This document shows positions 56,013-64,000 of a stretch of 64,000 bases of DNA, piece by piece (position 1 is the stretch's first letter; every line of letters begins with the position of its first letter). The position numbers and the translations under genes are program-made. The DNA is taken from NCBI RefSeq assembly GCF_006345805.1, contig NC_043013.1, forward strand, positions 43,400,001-43,464,000. The letters run 5' to 3'. The stretch comes from Octopus sinensis (Eukaryota). The notes under the pieces were generated by a model that saw only the letters and a list, made by a program, of their open reading frames with translations, had not been told where the DNA came from and searched no databases.

Positions 56013-56647
56013 TATGTGTAATGATTTCATTCAGGTATTAACTTTTATATAAATTTTGGAGGGTTGAATTTTGATTTGTCGTAATGACAGTATGGATCTA
56101 TATGTGTATATGTTTGTGCATGTGTATATGCCTATATATATGTAGGTGTGTATGTGAATATATATATATGTGTGTGTGTGCGTATTTGTATATATATATA
56201 TACACACACAAATATATATGTGTGTGTATGAGTATATATATATATGTGTATATATATATATATATATGTGTATGTATGTATGTGTGTACATATATGTGTA
56301 TTATGAGCATATATATATATGTATGTGTGTATATACGTATATGTATGTAAGTGCATATATATATATATATGCATGCGTACATATATATGTATGCATATAT
56401 ATGTGTGTGTATATATATGTATATATAAGTATGTGTATATATGTATATATATGTATATGAGTATACATATATATATGCGGTTTAAGCAACTTGTTGCAAA
56501 AAACCCTTATTATATTTATATATATATATATGTAATGTATACATATACATATGTATGTGTATATATGTGTGTGAGTGTGTGCATGTGTATATATTTGTAT
56601 ATGTGTATATGTCTGTGTATATATACATGTTTGTGTGTATGTATGTG

Positions 56648-56680
<33 letters not shown>

Positions 56681-56703
56681 ATATATATATGTGTATGTGT
56701 GTG

Positions 56704-56739
<36 letters not shown>

Positions 56740-57815
56740 TTAAATAATGAGGATAGAAACTGATATTAATCAATTAAAACTAGTGGTTTAGCATTTTTTT
56801 TTAAATCCGAAGATTAAAATTATATTTCATACAAAATTAAGAGGAATGACCACCAAAGTGGACACCTAATATGCTAAAGATAGACGTCAAATCGCCTTAC
56901 CACGAAGTGTGTGTTCTCAAGAAAAATGTCAGCAATACGCCAGAATGTAAAAATAAACAAGACAAATATACGAAATATGAAACGATTACCTATGTACTAA
57001 TTAGTTTCACTTATCAATATTTGCGAATGCAGGTGGTGAGCGTAGCTTCCTGAAGTGGTCACGCTGTCAAATTTAAATGGTTGTGAGTCACAACAGCAGT
57101 TTGTCTTTTTGTATGAACATTTTGCATTATATAGTTCAGACATGGATGACATAGAAAGTAGACATGCTGCCGGGACATGCTGCGTTGCGCAGGATTGGAA
57201 ACGTGAAACATCAATTAGGGCACTTCTGGAGAATGGATGAATGGGTTTGTTGTACCTTTACCCAGCCGCACACACACGCACATGGCACGGTGGTACGCGG
57301 GATGGTAACATGAAGCATCAACAGGGTACCGACAGAAATTTTAATGTTCTCATTTCCTCTGCCAAATTGGACAAAAAAGGGTTTCATGAAATATTATACG
57401 CTACTTATAATGCAAAAGTAGTGTCAATATTTTATCGTCAGAAAATGGCCTAAAACAAACACAAAATCCCAGCACAATATACTCAAATGTGATTAACCTG
57501 CATCTTTTGAGGGGAGGGGCCCATCGTTGGCGTCGGAAACTTTTTTATAGTCGAGGAGCCGGATTACTGTTTGTTGCAAATTTGGAGGAAAGCGACTGGA
57601 TACTCTTCAAGTTACGGGCCTTAACGCAGCGAAAATGCTTTAAAAGTGTGGTTTATCTTCCCTCGGGCCCGCATTAGGCAAGAAGTTGAAATTTGTTTGA
57701 CCTATGGCACTCCATGGACCCTGTGTGATGCATGTTTTAAATTTCATTAAAATCGGTTCGGTGGATCTCAAGTTTTAACTATATGACAAGCACATAGACA
57801 GGCACACATCATGTG

Positions 57816-57893
<78 letters not shown>

Positions 57894-58101
57894 ATATTAG
57901 GGAATAAATCCAAACTTACAGGGAAAAATCAGATTTAGGATTGAATACAATTTTATAGTAAAATATTATATTATATTAAATTAGAGACAAAACCACTATT
58001 AGGCAAATCAAACAATGAAAAACTTAAGCCAATACATATGATTATTAATTTATATTATTTAAATATATAACAAAATTATTAAAAAAATATAATTAGTATC
58101 A

Positions 58102-58165
58102 CACTACGATCGTTTCATGCCTGCTAACTTCTTCAAATTTTTGAGTCGCAGTCATTCATCAGGTG
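58102..58165 (-). ncRNA. type I hammerhead ribozyme motif, complete core
   Basis: - strand: CAC CUGAUGA AUG-A-CUGC [23 nt] GCAG-G-CAU GAA ACGAUCGU A GUG. All core positions are present; palindromic stem III; GUA cleavage triplet; 3-bp stem I. Confidence 0.8.
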
Positions 58166-58563
58166 GTTTAAATATCTAAAATATAATCAATATTTTTAAG
58201 ATATAAATAATATAGATAATATAATAATTTTACTTATAATAAACTCTATTATTAAATATGATTATATCGAAATCAACTATAATGTTAAATATTAACTTTA
58301 ATTTATAAGGTAGAAAACCCATAATCTAATATCAATATTAGTCTATATCTAATTACATAAATATTTAAAATGACTAATATATATAAATTATCAATGAAAA
58401 TATATGTAAATATTATAATCAAGATCTAAAATAATCTCTATAAATAATTGTATATAATGAAAACCTAATAAATTTAATTTTTCATATTTAAAGATGAAAT
58501 AGCTAATAGTGGTTTTGTCTCTAATTTAATATAATATATATATATATATATACATTTATATAT

Positions 58564-58643
<80 letters not shown>

Positions 58644-58949
58644 CAGGTATAGATATATGCATTAAAATATATTGAAAAAAATATATATACATAGGTAGAC
58701 TTGCAGATTACAAAACGAAGTCATAAAAGGGGTTAAGAGTCTATAAGATAAAAAGATTGCGTGTTACTAATCTAGTTAATAATCCTACGACCCTTTCTGA
58801 GGGTCCAGATGTCCAGTCATAAAAATATATTTATATATTTATATCTTTTTTATGACTTGACAACCGGACCTCCGAAACGGCTGTAGAATATATATATACA
58901 TATTTTTCAATATATTTTTAATGTATATGTCTGTATATTTACATATCTA

Positions 58950-60219
58950 TTGGGTTGTCCGGAAAGTTCGTGCCGATTTATAGTAGCTTACCTTTCGACT
59001 TATTTTAGAACATGGTTGAGTTCATAAAATTGGATTTGACTACGCCTCCATTTTGAGCACAGTTTAAGCTATCTTTTCGTGGAAGAAGGTTTATGTTCCT
59101 ATAACCAGTGTTAATTCTGTAAAATGGAAGATAAGAAAGTTCATTTTCGGCACTTGATGCTTTTCTTTTTCCGTGAAGGGAAAAATGCCTCACAAGCAAC
59201 CAAAGAAATATGCGCAGTTTACGGTGATGTTTCTTTATCCGAAAGAACTCTACGGAAGTGTTTCGCAAGTTTCCGGGCTGGAGATTGTAGCCTTATTGAT
59301 AAAGAGCAATCAGGCAGACCATGCACTACAGATGATGACCAAATCAAGTCATTGAGAATAACCCACATTGCACAACCCAAGAATTGGCAGAAAGCCTCAA
59401 CCTATCAAAATCCATCGTTCATGAGCACCTGGTAAAGCTTGGGTACACAAATCGCTACGATGTTTTGGTACCAAATGAGATGATTGAGAAGAATCTTTTG
59501 GATCGCATTTCCATCTGTGATTCGCTTTATAAACGGAATGAAAACACACCTTTTTTTAAAGCAAATTGCGACAGGTGATGCGAAATGGATTATCTATCGA
59601 AATGTTCAGAGAAAGCGATCCTGGAGTAAGCGATATGAGCCACCCTTAGCCACCCCAAAAGCTAGTCTTCCCCCTAAAAAACTCTTTCTTTGTGACTGGT
59701 GGGATTGGAAATGAATTCTGTACTATGAGCTTCTCCCAAGTAACCAGACAATTAATTCTGAGAAATACTGCACACAACTGGACAAGTTAAAAGAAGCAAT
59801 TCAAGAGAAACGTCCAGAATTGGCCAACAGGAAGGGGTTGTTTTCCAAAATGATAATTCAAGCCCGCACGTTTCTTTGGGAATCAGACAAAAATTGCTGC
59901 AGTTCGGCTGGGATGTGTTACCCCACCCTCCATATTCACCAGATATTGCTCCTTCGGATTTCCACTTATTCAGGTCTCTGCAGAATGGTCTTAATGTTAA
60001 AAATTTCAATTCCTTGGATGACGTAAAAAGATACCTTGAATTCTTTGCAATGAAACCCCCCTCAATTCTGGGAAGAGGGTGTTTTCAAGTTAAAGGAAAG
60101 ATGGAGACGCATTGTGCAACAAAATGGTTCATCTTTGGCTGATTAAAAATATAATGGCATGTACTTATTGACCTTTTTCTTTCCTTTAAAAATCGGCACG
60201 AACTTTCCAGACAACCCAA
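58950..60219 (+). mobile_element. full-length mariner (mellifera-like), transposase pseudogene from ATG 59124
   Basis: TA flanks; TIRs TTGGGTTGTC(C/T)GGAAAGTTCGTGCCGATTT; segments HFRHLMLFFFREGKNASQA, TGDAKW, PHPPYSPDIAPSDFHLF spread over several frames (multiple frameshifts and stops). Confidence 0.95.
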
Positions 60220-60494
60220 TATTTATATATTTTTATGTATATATGTTTTTATCAATTATTCCCTTTTGATTATGGTCTCATTCCCCATTCTACCACCACT
60301 GCCAGCACCACCATTGCCGGTGTCACCACCTCCACCAGTTCCGTCACTACCACCGCCACCATCGCCATCACCAATATCTCCATCTTCACATCCATCTGTT
60401 CTATCACCACTACCACCATCATCACCACTACTCCCATTGTTGTCAATCTCCATTGCTATCAATAAAATGCTTTCTTTGTTTTGTTTTTGTCCAG

Positions 60495-60620
60495 TTGTGA
60501 TCACAGCGATCAACTGTTATAGTGTCGAATTGACAGCAGGCATTCTGGTGGTTTTTACTGTAGCCAAAATCACAGCCCTCCTCATCATCATCATTGGTGG
60601 TTTTGTAATGCTGGGAAAAG
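60495..60620 (+). CDS. SLC7A9: SLC7A9-like coding exon 4 (VITAINCYSVELTAGILVVFTVAKITALLIIIIGGFVMLGK)
   Basis: ttgtttttgtccag| acceptor, G|gtaatt donor; 126 nt, phase 1-1; N..SV and FT.AK TM4-TM5 motifs. Confidence 0.93.
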
Positions 60621-62298
60621 GTAATTACAAGCAAAAATTTTCCTTGTCTTTTCCTCTTGTCATTTTTTCCTGCGCTAGACACAAGGCCTGAAATTTCATG
60701 GGAAAGGTCAGTCGATAAGATCGATCCTAGTACGCAACTAGTACTTAATTTATTGGCCACGAAAGGATGAAAGGCAAAGTCGACCTCGGCGGAATTTGAA
60801 CTCAGAACGTAGCGGCAGACGAAATACCACTAAGCATTTCGCCCGGCGTGCTAACGTTTCTGCCATCTCGCCGCCTTTTCTCTTGTCATTTTTATCGTGT
60901 GTATGTATGTATGTATGTATGTATGTATTATGTATGTATGCATGCATGCATGTATGTATGTATGTATGTATGTATGTATGTATGTATGTATGTATGTATG
61001 TATGTATGTATGCATGTATGCTCCAGTATGACTGCAACCACATAACTGTAATACATAAAAGAAATACATACATACATACATTTCTACAATTCTCAACCGA
61101 TTTTCACCAAACTTTACACACATTACTCATGTCCCAAGGATGGACATGCACTAAACAGAGCTTCCGTGTAAATGGACCAAGATGAACATAGTTATTTTTG
61201 TATGTAGGGACTTCCATACTTTTTAAATCTTTTTATAAAAGTGAAAGGATTTTGTCTATTTTTGCAGCAGTGATTAAATTGACTAGGGATACTGTATGTG
61301 ATGTATATCCAATACCAAACAATCTTAATCTCTATATTTAAACTGCATTAAACTTTGGTAAGCTTACCTTTACCTATTCTGAGTTACTTGAAAGATGATG
61401 TTCCCTTCCCTCTCTTCTATTTGTTGATATCTTTGTTTACCTACCAGTGCGTTGTTTCACTTTAGGCATGCTTATTTACCCATCCATTATGATATTTCGA
61501 TAGTTGTCCATGTTTCAAACATGTTTTAGCATTGTCCTTCTAGCCTTTTTTAAGCAGTCACATATGATTCGTACCCAAAAATCAAACTTTAAATAAGAGT
61601 TTTGCTTCCACTAGCGAAAGCTATAAGTATCTTTCAGAAAGCTCCATACCAATTTAACTTTATGCAGCATTCGCCGTTAGTTTATGCGCAGGCTATGTGG
61701 GAAGACAGAATAAAGGGTCTTTTGTAAGCTTTTCTCTCTGAAAAAATAGCTCCCTTTGCTGTTGAAAAAAATAAACTCATAGAGGAAAAATTTCAACGTC
61801 TTCCTTCAATTTCATTACTCCATTTATGTGGCTGTTTCTGACAAGAAATTTCGCTTTCATGTTAAACAACTATATTTTGTAGTCATTATCCGTATTTTTA
61901 TCCACAAACACTTCAGTAGTTCTACTTTGCATCGCTTGAAAACTTATATGTTCTATGATCATTAAAGTGCAACGACCTCCACAATAACCAGCCTTCAATT
62001 TGATTTTCCGTTCCTAAGTTAATCAGAAGCATAGATTGCCGTGCTACTCATAAACCTTCTCGGTAGTTCAATCATTTAGTGAAAAAAAATACCTCTAAAG
62101 CAAATTAAACCGTCCAAGGGACGGGTGCGTTTGCTAGTTATATGTATTTTAAATATATTTTAAAATTCATGTATACATACACACACACACACACACTATA
62201 TATATATAATATATATATATATAATATATATATATATTATATTATATATATATATATATATAAATGGAGTTAAACACAAGTGTTATTCAAATTCTTTT

Positions 62299-62385
62299 AC
62301 TTCCGTCACATGTTTCGAAGATATCACTGATACTATTCCAAAGGAATAAAATGGTGTAAACATGTAATCTTCTCTTCAGGGAAGT
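62299..62385 (-). ncRNA. type I hammerhead-like motif, deviant at U16.1
   Basis: - strand: ACUUCC CUGAAGA GAAGAU...AUCUUC GAA ACAUGUG AC GGAAGU; 6-bp stems I and II; AC stands where UH is expected. Confidence 0.6.
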
Positions 62386-62521
62386 GAAGAAATGAAACTC
62401 GTCAATAAGACATTTTAACAGAAAATGATGGAATATGATATTAACTGAACGGTATTAACATTGTTTCAAAAAACGTTATAGGATATAACGTCAGAGGTAG
62501 CCTATAGGGAAAAATACACAC

Positions 62522-62587
<66 letters not shown>

Positions 62588-62758
62588 CTCAAACAATACA
62601 GAAAACAAAAGACAAAAACAGGCGAGGGAACAGCAAGCAGGTGTATTAGTTTGATTGGAAAAGTCTTTCATGTTTCGAGTCTACGCTCTTCAACAGAAAG
62701 AGATGAGACGAAAAAAAAACTAGAGAAAAATGTATCAGTATTAATGATTTAACATGAT

Positions 62759-62799
<41 letters not shown>

Positions 62800-63612
62800 T
62801 ATATATATATATATATATATGAGTATCTTTCTGTCTCTAATAACAAGCGTTAGTCTGTTTACATCCCTGTAACTTAGCGATCTAGTGAAAAACAGAATAA
62901 GCGCAAGGCTTGAAAAAAAAGTAATGGGTTTGATTCGGTTGGCCGAAAAATTCTTCAAGGCCGTGCCCCAGATGGCTACAGCTGATGACTCTGGACACTC
63001 CTTATCATATATAGTATCAAGTGAGAAAAAAAAGGTATAGCATTCGTCTAATACAATTGACAGGCAAATGCATTTCTTCACATCTAGGTTTCTGTTTTCT
63101 TTTCTCTTTTTAAATTTCATCTTTTAGGTGAATTCCTCTAATTTACGCTTGTGTTTTATTTTATTTTTATCCCATCTTTTTTACTAAATTTTTCCTACAA
63201 AATACCCTTGTAAAAGAAGGGAGCATCTTATGTGAGATCGTCTTATATGCTAAATAGTGGACTCTTCCGTTGCAGACGACATATAAGCGTTCAGCTTTTG
63301 TCGAACGACTTGCACGAATGATTCGTTTACAATGATCAAATGTATGTGCCGCACACTAGCTCACTCTCTCCATTAACTTGACGTTACCTGAACAGGTACA
63401 CAGTGTATCATGTCTCAGGTGTCAAAGTGATTGTAGGGTAACGTCAGATGAAGTATTTTTCTCAAGAACACATCTCACCCAGTCTATGAATTGAAACCAC
63501 GATCTCGCGATCGTGAATACAATACCCTAACTACTAGACCATGTGCCTTCGTTATATGTCAAACAGGGGGCATAATAATAATAATAATTTTCTTTCTTAT
63601 CACATCTTTTAG

Positions 63613-63712
63613 GTGAATTCTACGACCTCCCAGAGGGTTTCACAGGTTCCGAGACTTCAGGATCAGCTATTGCTTTGGCATTTTATGATGGATTATGGGC
63701 CTATAATGGATG
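63613..63712 (+). CDS. SLC7A9: SLC7A9-like coding exon 5 (GEFYDLPEGFTGSETSGSAIALAFYDGLWAYNGW); gene continues past window end
   Basis: catcttttag| acceptor, TG|gtgagt donor; 100 nt, phase 1-2; LAFY.GLWAY.GW TM6 motif typical of b0,+AT. Confidence 0.93.
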
Positions 63713-64000
63713 GTGAGTAGTTTTGTCTAAGTTTCATTCATAATTGTTCAGTCCTGTGATTGTATAACTCTTCCGTCAAGACACGAGTCATAAGTATCCA
63801 CATTAGTGGCAAACAGGTTATATAGGTCGAAAAATTTGATGCCAAGTTCCCTTTCAAGAGATCCTAGAGTTATAGAAGCGTTCGTCCCCTTGATACTTTT
63901 AAGTGCACCAATTACTACTGGTATCACGTCTACCCTCTTCATTGACCACAATCTTCGTTTTTCCCTCTTCAAATCGTCATAGATATTTATCTTTTCTTCT

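Noticed and set aside
60266-60494. Proline-rich N-terminal part of ORF 60266-60691
   Set aside because: (ACC)n-like low complexity upstream of the true acceptor at 60494; only 60495-60620 is exonic.
61500-62130. Possible Tc1/Tc3-like transposase relic on the - strand
   Set aside because: Only faint LDG and FxxxxA-like traces; too decayed to support.
62655-62700. - strand CUGUUGAAGAGCGUAGACUCGAAAC
   Set aside because: The core cannot be fitted without breaking A6 or stem II; a similar failure occurs near 41935-41965.

Overview
AT-rich, microsatellite- and transposon-dense eukaryotic DNA. The two dominant tRNA-headed SINE families resemble those I recall from Octopus (coleoid cephalopod); this assignment is recalled, not searched. 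The only host gene content is SLC7/LAT-family (b0,+AT/SLC7A9-like). Five + strand coding exons (47987-63712) splice by GT-AG into an open 216-codon N-terminal half (TM1-TM6), and the gene continues beyond the window. One intact TM11-TM12 exon lies on the - strand at 32410-32578 with no recognisable partner exons in the window. The rest is SINEs (some as fixed-junction dimers), two full-length mariners, Tc1/hAT/piggyBac/MULE-type remnants and MITEs with readable TSDs, a solo LTR, Penelope-like and other LINE remnants. The most interesting unexplained structures are: several minimal type I hammerhead-ribozyme motifs with palindromic stem III in unrelated repeats (one with a complete catalytic core), a 203-bp near-perfect intronic palindrome, a duplicated 3' splice site that leads straight to a stop, a candidate uORF-bearing 5' UTR microexon, and substrate-site substitutions in the transporter. 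Nearly all ORFs in the supplied track are microsatellite or SINE artefacts. All alignments and folds were done by eye; boundaries of decayed elements are approximate.
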